20,000 bases of DNA from Chiloscyllium plagiosum (Eukaryota): positions 6,801,910 through 6,821,909 of the forward strand of contig NC_057756.1 of assembly GCF_004010195.1 (NCBI RefSeq). The letters run 5' to 3'. The notes beneath the pieces are model-generated. The model saw only the letters and a list, made by a program, of their open reading frames with translations, did not search any database and was not told the DNA's origin. Below are positions 1-8,847 of this stretch, in pieces (positions within the stretch are counted from its first letter, which is position 1; the number at the start of each line of letters is the position of its first letter). Position numbers and translations under genes: made by a program.

Positions 1-503
1 TAATCTAGTGTCCCTGCTTTCAGAGAGATGTCATTACACTTGAAAGGATGCAGAAAATACTCACAAGGATGTTGCCAGGGTTGGAGGCTTTGAGCTACAG
101 GGAGAGTCTGAATGGGCTAGGGCTGCTTTCTTTGGAGCATCGGAGGCTGAGGGGTGACATTAAAGTTTATAAAATCATGTGGGACATGAACAGGGTGAAG
201 AGTCAAGATCTTTTTCCCAGGTTAGGGGAGTCCAAAACTAGATGACAAAGCTTTAAGAGGGGAAAGATTTGAAAGGGACTCAAGGGGCAGCTTTATCATG
301 TGTGTGTAGAATGAGCTGCCAGAGCGGGTGTTGGAGGCTGGTGCAATTGCAGCATTTAAAAGGGTGGGTCCATGAATAGGAAGGGTTTCGGGAGATATGG
401 TCCAAATGCTGGGAAATGGGATTACATTAAATTAGGACATCTAGTCGGGATGGAAGAGTTGGAGCAAAGGATCTGTTTCCATGCTGTACAACTCCATGAC
501 TGT
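1..503 (+). mobile_element. CR1/HER1-like LINE, 3' ORF2 fragment and 3' tail (paralogous to 18160-18695)
   Basis: Translation LTRMLPGLEALSYRESLNGLGLLSLEHRRLRGD..KVYKIM matches the CR1 ORF2 C-terminus; ends in a ctccatgact-type tail. Confidence 0.9.
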
Positions 504-1125
504 ATGAATGGTGGTATGGTTCCAAGTCAGTGTGCTGAGTGTCTTGGAGTTGAGCTTATAGCTTATTGTATGCCAATTCTTTTGCTTCCCCTGACTGTCT
601 CGGTCATGGGTTGGGAAGATTTTTCCTCAGGACTCTTGCTTTAGTACTGCATTGCATCCTTGTCCCAGTGCTGTTGCAGGCATGTTAGATGGGTCCATGA
701 CCATTGCAACATCTTGTGCCTTCAGTCATTCCTTGGTGTCACATGGACTGAATTAAATTGGCTAATGGCTGATGTTCATGATGCTGGGAATCTCATGGGG
801 GAGACTGAGATGGATCACCCACTTGGCACTTCTAGCTGAAGGTGTTGCTGATGCTTCAGCCTCATCTTTTGGACCTGATGGATTGGGATCCTCTAGTCAG
901 TGAGGTTGGAGGTGATTGACCTCCCCCAATTAATAATTTAATTGCCCACCACCAGTCACAATGGGATGTGGAATGACTGTGTAGGATTACTTAACCCTGC
1001 CTATTGCGAGTTGATCTCCTACCGTTGAGCAACCCTGTGTTGTGACATTAGTAAATTAACTTCTTGTTTTGGGAATGTTTGGTGTTGTTCCATGGTAGCT
1101 GTCCTACACTCTCATTTGACCAGAT
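504..1125 (-). mobile_element. Decayed ORF2 fragment of a second, older CR1/L2-clade LINE family
   Basis: Reverse complement of 5680-6275; remnants of WW.IK, FSQKCQVGDPS and PI.FSPCDTKE-type ORF2 peptides. Confidence 0.75.
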
Positions 1126-1309
1126 TTGATAACACCAACAGAGTTAGTTCTTCTATCACGCAATGTTTCCATTAGTCATACTGCCAAGAAATGGTGGTTA
1201 GGAATGATTAGAGATTATGCACCAGCAATATACAAGTATAATGTTCGTATTAATATTGAATTCTCTCCACAGTTTCATGATCAGATCATCAAAACTTGAA
1301 ACAAACACA

Positions 1310-1395
1310 GTTAGCATTGCAGAAATTCAGGTCTGGCAGCATCTGTGGAGAGAAAAGCACCATTAACATTGAGTCTAATATGACTCATCTTCATG
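1310..1395 (-). mobile_element. Old Penelope-like terminal fragment with degenerate hammerhead stem II
   Basis: Minus strand reads tgaagatGAGTCatattaGACTCaatgtt..ctctccacagatgctgccagacc; paralogous to 4338-4425 and 10775-10860. Confidence 0.6.
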
Positions 1396-1666
1396 ATACC
1401 AAACGGGACAATTTGACAAACTTGTGAAGTTTACAAGGGATTTGGTGATCCACAGTGTCACTAACATCTGAAGGGTGCTGTGGCGTAGGGAAGGCTTTCA
1501 CTAAGAAAACTGTGGGATCTGTCTTGACAACATCTCCTACCTGAGGCATTGTGGGGATTGTTTCTTCATGTGATTTATCTGTTACTTGTGTTTGCCTTGG
1601 GTGTCTTAAAATGCATAAAAGTGGGTAAACCCCCACGATCTGATCAGGTGAGCTTGAGAACTCTGT

Positions 1667-1731
1667 GGAATTGAACCCTGGTCCCTGGTGCTGTGAACCA
1701 GCAATGCCAACCGCTGAGCCACCGTGCCGCC
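1667..1731 (-). mobile_element. Isolated tRNA-derived SINE head (HE1-type) with Pol III A and B boxes
   Basis: Minus strand GGCGGCACGGTGGCTCAGCGG (A box) ... GGTTCAATTCC (B box). Confidence 0.8.
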
Positions 1732-1736
1732 ATTTG

Positions 1737-2130
1737 GATGTAATTGTGATGGGATACAGAGGAGATTCACCAGGATGTTGGCTGGCATGGAACAGTTCAG
1801 CGATGAAGAGAGGCTGGCTAAGTTTGGGTTGTTTTCTTTGGAGCAGGGAGGATTGAGGGGGGACCTGATAGAGGTGTATAAGAGTATGAGGGGCACGGAC
1901 AGCCTGGATAAAAGCAATAGTTCCCCTTCATCACGGGGGGGGGGCTCATTTTAAGGTGAAAGGCATGAGGGTATGAGGAGATTTGAGGCACATTTTCACC
2001 CAGAGTGTACTGAGAATCTGAAATGTACTACCTGAGAGGGTATTGATCTCATAACCTTTAAAAAGCACTTGGAGGAGCAGTTGAATTGTCAGGGCTTAGG
2101 GCCAAATGCAGGGAAGAGGGGCTGGTGTAC
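1737..2130 (+). mobile_element. CR1-like LINE 3' fragment
   Basis: QRRFTRMLAGMEQFSDEERLAKFGLFSLEQGGLRGDLIEVYKSM. Confidence 0.9.
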
Positions 2131-2164
2131 ACAGTGGTGTTCTACTGGGAAGGCTGATGCCAAG

Positions 2165-2655
2165 TAGAGTCATAGGGACAGAGAAATGTACACCTGCCAC
2201 CACCCGGCCCATATCCCTCCAAACCCTTCCCATTCCTATACCCATCCAGATGCCTCTTAAAAGTTACAATTGTACCAGCCTCCACCACTTCTTCTGGCAG
2301 CTCATTCCATACACGTACCACCCTCTGCATTGTCACTTCAGTCTGTTTTATATCTTTCCCCTCTCACACAAAACCTATGCCCTCTAGTTCTCGATTCCCC
2401 ACCCCACGGAAGAGACTTTGTCTATTTATCTTATCCATGTGCTTCATGATTTTACAAATCTCTACCAGGTCACCCCTCAGCCTCCGACGCTCCAGAGAAA
2501 ACAGCCCTAGCCTATTCAACCTTTCCCTATGGCTCAAATCCTCCAAACCCAGCAAAATCCTTGTCTTTTCTGAACCTTTGCAAGTTTCACAACATCCTTC
2601 CGATGGGAAGGAGACCAGAATCGCACGCAACATTCCAAAAGTAGCCTAACCAATG
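2165..2655 (-). mobile_element. CR1-like LINE 3' fragment
   Basis: ERLNRLGLFSLERRRLRGDLVEICKIM and QRVVRVWNELPEEVVEAGT; tail agagtcatag at ~2166. Confidence 0.9.
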
Positions 2656-4010
2656 CCTGATGCAGAATACTCATTTACTATTTTCCCCCATCTCCTGCAG
2701 TTCCACACGTGGGCTCTCTTGCTGATCTAGATGGACGCTGTTCTCTCCCTAGCTACCTTTTTGTCTTTCATGTACTCAGAAAATCGCTTTAGATTCTCCT
2801 TAAGCCTATTTTCCACAGTTATCTCATGTCCCCTTTTTCCCTCTTAAGTATGCTCCTACTGCCTTTGTAATCTTTTACAGATTGACTCGATCTCTGCTGT
2901 CTATCGCTGACACATTTCTTTTTTTTTCTTAACCAAAACCACAATTTCTCTCAACATCCATCATTCCTTATGCCTACCAGCCTTGCCTTTCACCCTAACA
3001 GGAATATACTGTCTCTGGACTCGCGTTATCTCATGTTTGAAAGCTTCTCATTTTCCAGCCGTCTCTTTACCTGCGAACATCTGTCCCCACTCAATCTTTG
3101 AATGTTCTTGCCTGATACTGTCAAATGGCCTTCCTCCAATTTTGAACTTCAATTTTTAGATGCGTTCCATCTTTTTCCATCACTAATTTATTTTAAAACT
3201 AACAGATTTACAGTGACTGGCCCCTGAGTGCTCCCCAACTGACACCTCAGTCACCTGCCCTGCCTTATTTCCCAAGAGGAGGTCAGATTTTGCAGCTTCT
3301 CTAATAGGTTCATCCATATGCTGAGTCACAAAATTTTCTCATGCACACTTATATCAAAACCCTTAAAACGATAGCAGAACCAGTCTATGTTTGGAAATTT
3401 AAAATCCCAGACCACAACGACCCTATTATTCTCACAGATAACTGAGATCTCCTTACAAAATTGCTTTGCAATTTCCGCTGATTAATGGATTTTTGAGAAC
3501 ATAATCCCAAGAAGGTCATCATCCCTTTCCGATTTTACAGTTCCACCCAAATAACCTCCTTGGATGCATTTCCAGGAATATCCTCCCTCAGTACAGCCAT
3601 AATGCTATCCCTTATCAGAAACGCTACTCCCCCTCCTCTCTAACCCCCATTTCTAAACTTCCGACAGCATTTGTATTCTGGAACATTAAGCAGCCAGTCC
3701 TGTCTGTCCCTGAGCCATGTCTCTGTAATTCCTATGATCCTCCAGTACCATGTCTCTAACGATGCTCTTCGTTCATCTGCCTTCCCTGTTAGGCCTCTTG
3801 CATTGAAATAAATGCCATTTATTTTATCAATCCTACCTTGTTCTCTATTTTTTTCTGGCCTGCCCTGACTGGTTATCTCACCCCTTTTCCCAACTGTACC
3901 AGTCTCAGATTGATCTCTTTTCTCAAGATTTACCTGGATCCTCCCCTAAATTACTAGATTCAACCCTCCTGTGCCACTCTCGCAAAACTCCCTGCTAGTA
4001 TGTTAGTCCC
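2656..4010 (-). mobile_element. CR1-like LINE 5' ORF2 (APE endonuclease) fragment, decayed
   Basis: Paralogous to 8848-10465, whose frame reads YFNARDLRGKADE..AITETWL..DWRLNVP..YRKDR..GGGVAFLI. Confidence 0.85.
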
Positions 4011-4337
4011 CCAGAAGAAAAATTCTCTGAGATATTTTATTCAACAAATTTTCATTAACTTATTACAAAGAAAACTAACTCGAGAAACACATAAGAGGAA
4101 AGATTGACATGCGACATGTTCTACCATCTCAAAATTAACATGAGGCAAAAACAGGTAACAGATAAATCACATGAACATGCAACCTGCACAATGCCTCAGA
4201 TAAGAAATGTTGCCAAGGAAGATCCCACGAGTTTCTTCGTGAAAACCTTCCCACACCACAGCTCCCTTCAGGTATTAGTGACACTGTGGAACACCAAATT
4301 CCTTGTAAACTTCACAAGGTTGTCAATTTTTGATGTC

Positions 4338-4425
4338 GTGAAGATGAGTCACATTAGACTCAATGTTAACGGTGTTTCTCTCTCCACAGATGCTGCCAGA
4401 CCTGCTGAGTTTCTGCAATGCTTAA
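4338..4425 (+). mobile_element. Old Penelope-like terminal fragment (degenerate hammerhead)
   Basis: gtgaagatGAGTCacattaGACTCaatgttaac..tctctccacagatgctgccagacctgctgag. Confidence 0.6.
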
Positions 4426-4814
4426 TGTGTTTGTTTCAAATTTTGATGATCTGATCTTGAAACTGTGGAGTGAATTCGATCTTTATATGTACAATACATG
4501 GGTTTGTTGCTGGTGCACCACACTCATAGCAATTCCTTACCACCATTTCTTCCAGTTATTTGTTCTTTTTTGTCCAGAATTTCAAATGATGTTTTAAAAA
4601 ACCTCGAATCCCTCAGGGGCCAATTGCAGGTCATTTTGTTATAACGTGTGTTTCATCAACGTGAATTTGCTGTAACACGACTGAAGAACTGGGGACACTT
4701 TTGACAATGTGAACTTTTAAAATGTGTGTTGGCTGCAACATGATTGGCACCAACACTTCAAGTGCTGTTCCTGAAGCGTGAGTTTTCTATAACATGGAAT
4801 TGCACAAGAATGCA

Positions 4815-5625
4815 GTGCAGGTTCAGTGCTCCTTGAAAGGGGAGTCACAAGCAGATAGGATAGTGACGAAGGCATTTGGCGTGCTTTCCTTTATTGATCA
4901 CAGCACCAAGTGTAGGTGTTGGGAGATCATGTTGCAGCAGTACAGGACATTGGTTCGGCCACTTTTGGAATATTGTGTGCAATTCTGGTCTCCCTCTTTT
5001 CGGAAGGATGTTGTGAATCTTGAAAGGGGTCAGAAAAGATTTACAGGGATGTTGTCAGGGTTGGATGGGTTTGAGCTATAGGGAGAGACTGAATAGGCTG
5101 GGGCTGTTTTCCCTGGAGCATCTGAGGCTGCAAGTGACCTTATAGAGGTTTATAAAATCATGAGGGGCATGGATAGGATAAATAGGCAGGGTCTTTTCCT
5201 TGGGGTGGGGGAGTTCAAAACTAGAGGGCACAGGTTCAGGATGAGAAGGGAAAGATTTAAAAGGGACCGAAGGAGCAACTTTTTTAATGCAGAGAGTGAA
5301 GTGTGCATAGAATGGATTGCCAGAGGAAGGGTTGGAGACTGGTACAATTACAGCTTTTAAAAGGCATCTGGATGGGTACATCGGTTTAGAGAATAAAAGC
5401 CAGGTGCTGGCAAGTGGGACTAAGTTAGGTAGAATATCTGGTCGACATGGACGAGTTGGAGCGAAGGGTCTGATTCCGTGCTTTTAAAAGGCATCTGGAT
5501 GGGTACATCGGATAAGAGAATAAAAGCCAGGTGCTGGCAAGTGGGACTAAGTTAGGTAGAATATCTGGTCGACGTGGACGAGTTGGAGCGAAGGGTCTGA
5601 TTCCGTGCTGTACATCTCTATGACT
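4815..5625 (+). mobile_element. 5'-truncated CR1 LINE nested in the MITE
   Basis: YRTLVRPLLEYCVQFWSP..KDVVNLERGQKRFT; ctctatgact tail; apparent TSD aatgca at 4809-4814 and 5626-5631. Confidence 0.92.
5354..5607 (+). repeat. 127-bp tandem duplication within the CR1 3' end
   Basis: 5354-5480 and 5481-5607 differ at about 3 positions; single copy in B. Confidence 0.95.
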
Positions 5626-5679
5626 AATGCAATCATCATGTTACAGAAGAACTGGTTGTGTTAGCATTACCAAATCAGG

Positions 5680-6275
5680 TAAATGCGAAGTGTGGGAGGG
5701 CTACCACAGAGCAATACCAAACATACTCCAAACAAGGAAGTAATTTACTAATGTCACAACACAGGGTTGCTCAACAGTGGGAAATCAACTTGAAATAGGC
5801 AGGGATAAATAATTCAACACAGTTGTTCAACATTTGGCTGTGACTGGTGGTGGACAATTAAATAATTAATTGGGGGAGGTCAATCACCTCGAACCTCACT
5901 GACTGGAGGATCCCAACCCATCAGGTCCAAAAGGTGAGGCTGAAGCATCTGCAACACCTTCAGCCAGAAGTGCCAAGTGGGTGATCCATCTCGGTCTCTC
6001 CCATGAGATTCCCAGCATCATGAACATCAGCCTTTAGCCAATTCGATTCAGTCCATGTGACACCAAGGAATGACTGAAGGCACAGGATATTGCAATGATC
6101 ATGAACCCATCTAAAATGCCTGCAACAGCACTGGGACAAGAAGCAAGAGTGGTGCAGAAAACCCTCCCCAACATATGACGTGGACGGTCAGGGGAAGCAA
6201 AAGAATCGGCACACAAGAAGCTACCAGCTCAACCCCAACACACTGACTTGGGACCATATCACCATTCACACAGTC
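5680..6275 (+). mobile_element. Older CR1/L2-clade LINE ORF2 fragment
   Basis: WWTIK, FSQKCQVGDPSRS and PIRFSPCDTKE*LKAQDIA remnants with stops and frameshifts. Confidence 0.75.
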
Positions 6276-6292
6276 AACGTGTTGTACAGCAC

Positions 6293-6697
6293 GTGTTGTC
6301 TCACAACGTCAGGGACTCGGGTTCAATTTCCACCTCAGGCGACTGTCTGCGTGGACTTTGCGCATTTTCCCATTTCTGCGTGGGGTTCATCTGGGTGCTC
6401 CGAATTCCTCCCACAGTCCAAAGACGTGCAGGTTCGGGTGAATTGGCCTTGCTAAATTGTCCCATCGTGTTCAGGGATGTGCAGATTAGGGCAAATTGGC
6501 CATGTTAAATTGTCCCATAGTGTCCAGGGATGTGTAGGTTAGGGTGGATTGGTCATGTTAAACTGTCCCATAGTGTTCAGGGATGTGCAGGTTAGGGTAT
6601 AGTAGTAAGGGAATGGGTCTGGGTGGCTTACTCTTCGGAGAGTCGGTGTGGACTCATTGGGCTGAAGAGGCAGTTTCCACACTATGGATTCTATGGG
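6293..6697 (+). mobile_element. HE1-type tRNA SINE with 3 internal 53-bp repeats
   Basis: B box ggttcaatttcc; core tttcctcccacagtccaaagacgtgcagg-like sequence; CR1-like tail; repeats at 6432-6590. Confidence 0.88.
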
Positions 6698-6899
6698 AAC
6701 AGATTGAGGCTGAGAGATATGTTATACCACCTTTCACACTTATTTTTATTAGATTACGAGGTGATCTTTTCTGGGTGTTTCCGTTTTATTACCAGAGGGG
6801 TGTCAGCCTCTGCTTTGTAACAGACAGACCAAACCATGAGCCAACATTTCACGTTGTAGATCACCTCAGAGGCAACACACCAAACAGCAGCAGCTGGAA

Positions 6900-7037
6900 T
6901 TACAAATAGGCTGCAATCAAAGCTGCAACTGCTCGAGCAGTGATGACAGTTCCAGACACAATCACTGGGCGAATTACAGAACCTGACAGCTCCATGATGT
7001 TTGATGTGTCCTTCTTTATGATTTGGTGAATTTCACC
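6900..7037 (-). CDS. Candidate terminal exon (45 aa, hydrophobic C-terminus), gene unidentified
   Basis: Acceptor tgtttttag|; GEIHQIIKKDTSNIMELSGSVIRPVIVSGTVITARAVAALIAAYL*; AATAAA at 6785-6790 and 6745-6750 (-); conserved in copy B. Confidence 0.35.
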   Translation of the reverse strand, partial: GEIHQIIKKDTSNIMELSGSVIRPVIVSGTVITARAVAALIAAYL

Positions 7038-7149
7038 CTAAAAACATTTAACTGCATTTATATTTGCTGTTAGTACCTCCATCATGTCTTTTGATGTCAC
7101 AGATTCATGATCGAGATTGGAATTGTTCACTCTGTCATGTTGGACCATC

Positions 7150-7560
7150 AGATACAGGAGCAGAATTGGCCCATTGAGTCTGCTACCCATTGGATCATGG
7201 CTGATATGGTTCTTAACTCCATTCTCCTGCCTTCTCCCCCTAACCTATGGTCCCCTCACTCATCGAGAACCTATCTGTCACTATTTTAAACACACTCAGT
7301 GACGTGGCCTCCATAGCCTTCTGTAGCAGTGAGTTGCACAGAGACATCACTCTCTGGCTGAAGAAATTCTTCCTCATCTCAGTTCAAAAGGGTCACCCCT
7401 TCACTCTCAGGCTGTGCCCTTGGGTCCTAGTCTCCCCTCCTAGTGGAAATATCTCCACCATATCCATTTTATCCAGGACTGTCAGAATTCTGTAAGTTTC
7501 AATGAGATCCTCATCCTTCTAAACTCTATTGAGAACAGTCCCAGAGTCCCCAGTTGCTCC
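7150..7560 (-). mobile_element. CR1-like LINE 3' fragment
   Basis: Antisense of the MRKNFFSQRV-type CR1 ORF2 end (ctggctgaagaaattcttcctcat) plus 3' UTR. Confidence 0.8.
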
Positions 7561-7574
7561 GAGAACGATGATTA

Positions 7575-7908
7575 AATTTTGTACGTTAAAACCTCCAAAG
7601 GAATTTCAAAATACATGAAGTACAAAAGGGTAACTAGGGAGGGAATAGGGCCCCACAAAATCAGCAAGGCATCCCATGTGTGGTGCTGTAGGAGATGGGG
7701 GAGATACTAAATGAGTATTTAGCATCAGTGTTTACTGTGGAGAAGGACATGGAAGACATAGAATGTGGTGTTTTGTTGAAAAATGCCCATATTACAGAGG
7801 AGAAGGTGCTGGATGTCTTGAAACACATAAAAATAGATAAACCCCCAGGACCTGATGAGGTGTGCCCTCAAACTCTGTAGGAAGCTTGGGAAGTGATTGC
7901 TGGACCCC
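7575..7908 (+). mobile_element. CR1 ORF2 internal fragment
   Basis: MGEILNEYLASVFTVEKD..VLDVLKHIKIDKPPGPDEVCP. Confidence 0.88.
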
Positions 7909-7909
7909 A

Positions 7910-8310
7910 GATTGCGCCAGATGGGGTACAGAGGAGATTCGCCAGGATCTGTTGGCTGGGATGGAGCAGTTCAGCGATGAAGAGAGGCTGGCTAAGTTTG
8001 GGTTGTTTTCTTTGGAGCAGGGAGCATTGAGGGGGGACCTGATAGAGGTGTATAAGAGTATGAGGGGCACGGACAGTCTGGATATGAAGCAACAGTTCCC
8101 CTTCATCACAGGGTCAATAACAGGGGGTCCTCATTTTAAGGTGAAATGCAGGAGGGTGCGAGGGGATTTGAGGGGCACTATCACCCAGAGGGTGGTGGGA
8201 ATCTGGAATGAACTACCTGAGAGGGTAGTTGACCTCATAACCTTTAAAAAGCACTTGGAGGAGCAGTTGAAGGCTCTGCGCCTAATGCAGGGAAGAGGGG
8301 CTGGTGTACA
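7910..8310 (+). mobile_element. CR1-like LINE 3' fragment (paralog of 1737-2130)
   Basis: GMEQFSDEERLAKFGLFSLEQGALRGDLIEVYK..TQRVVGIWNELPE. Confidence 0.9.
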
Positions 8311-8344
8311 CAGTGGTGTTCTACTGGGAAGGCTGATGCCAAGT

Positions 8345-8847
8345 AGAGTCATAGAGTCAGAGAAATGTACACCTGCCAGCACCCAGCCCATATGCCTCCA
8401 AACCCTTCCTTTTCCTACACCCATCCAGATGTCTTTTAAATGTTACAATTGTACTAGCCTCCGCCACTTCCTCTAGCAGCTCATTCCACACACGTACCAC
8501 CCTCTGTGTGAAAACGTCCCTTCGGTCTCTTTCATATCTTTCCCCTTCCACCCTAAACCTATGCCCTCTAGTTCTGGACTCTCCCACCCCAGGGGAGGTT
8601 ATTTTCCTTATTCACCTTAGCCATGTGCTTCATGATTTTACAAAACCTCTACCAGGTCCCCCTTCAGCCTCTGACACTCCAGAGAAAACAGCCCTAGCCT
8701 ATTCAACCTCTTCCTATAGCTCAAATACTCCAACTGTGGCACCATCCTTGTAAGTCTTTTTTGAACCCTTGCAAGTTTCACAACATCCTTCCAATAGGAA
8801 GGAGACCAGAATCGCACACAACATTCCAAAAGTGACTCAACCAATGC
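8345..8847 (-). mobile_element. CR1-like LINE 3' fragment (paralog of 2165-2655)
   Basis: LLECCVRFWSPSYWKDVVKLARVQKRLTRM..TQRVVRVWNEL. Confidence 0.9.

Larger units (their letters stand above)
1..1597 (-). repeat. Segmental duplicate copy 0 (inverted, partial)
   Basis: 1186-1597 is the reverse complement of ~4143-4552, and 500-1180 of ~5619-6275. The intervening ~1.07 kb is deleted at ~1180. Confidence 0.9.
4607..5658. mobile_element. ~235 bp MITE (Tc1/pogo/Tigger-like) interrupted by a CR1
   Basis: Flanked by TG/TG (4605-4606, 5659-5660); degenerate TIRs caggtcattttgttataacgtg / catgttacagaagaactggttg; empty site with a single TA at 19527-19528. Confidence 0.75.
1620..7111 (+). repeat. Segmental duplicate copy A
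   Basis: Colinear with 7910-13872 across all TE junctions from ~1746; homology ends at cagattcatgat (7111 / 13872). Confidence 0.95.

Noticed and set aside
1451..1490. CACAGTG heptamer as an immunoglobulin/TCR RSS (also at ~2130)
   Set aside because: No ACAAAAACC-like nonamer at 12 or 23 bp and no V/J coding segment
1470..1500. P-loop-like peptide EGCCGVGKA
   Set aside because: Bounded by stops, and the frame is not preserved in the paralogs
1667..1731. Functional tRNA gene
   Set aside because: Matches a SINE head; too short and lacks a complete cloverleaf/acceptor stem
4104..4454. 116-aa ORF similar to ORFs 1391-1636 and 10699-10896 as a gene family
   Set aside because: Similarity follows from DNA duplication; frames shift between copies and the C-terminus runs into a PLE remnant
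6753..7032. Alternative Cys-rich minus frame (FCNSPSDCVWNCHHCSSSC..) as a receptor exon
   Set aside because: A stop lies right after the acceptor, and copy B is truncated by indels and a stop
7862..8476. 204-aa ORF as a gene
   Set aside because: Chance chimera of a sense CR1 fragment and an antisense CR1 tail; disrupted in copy A
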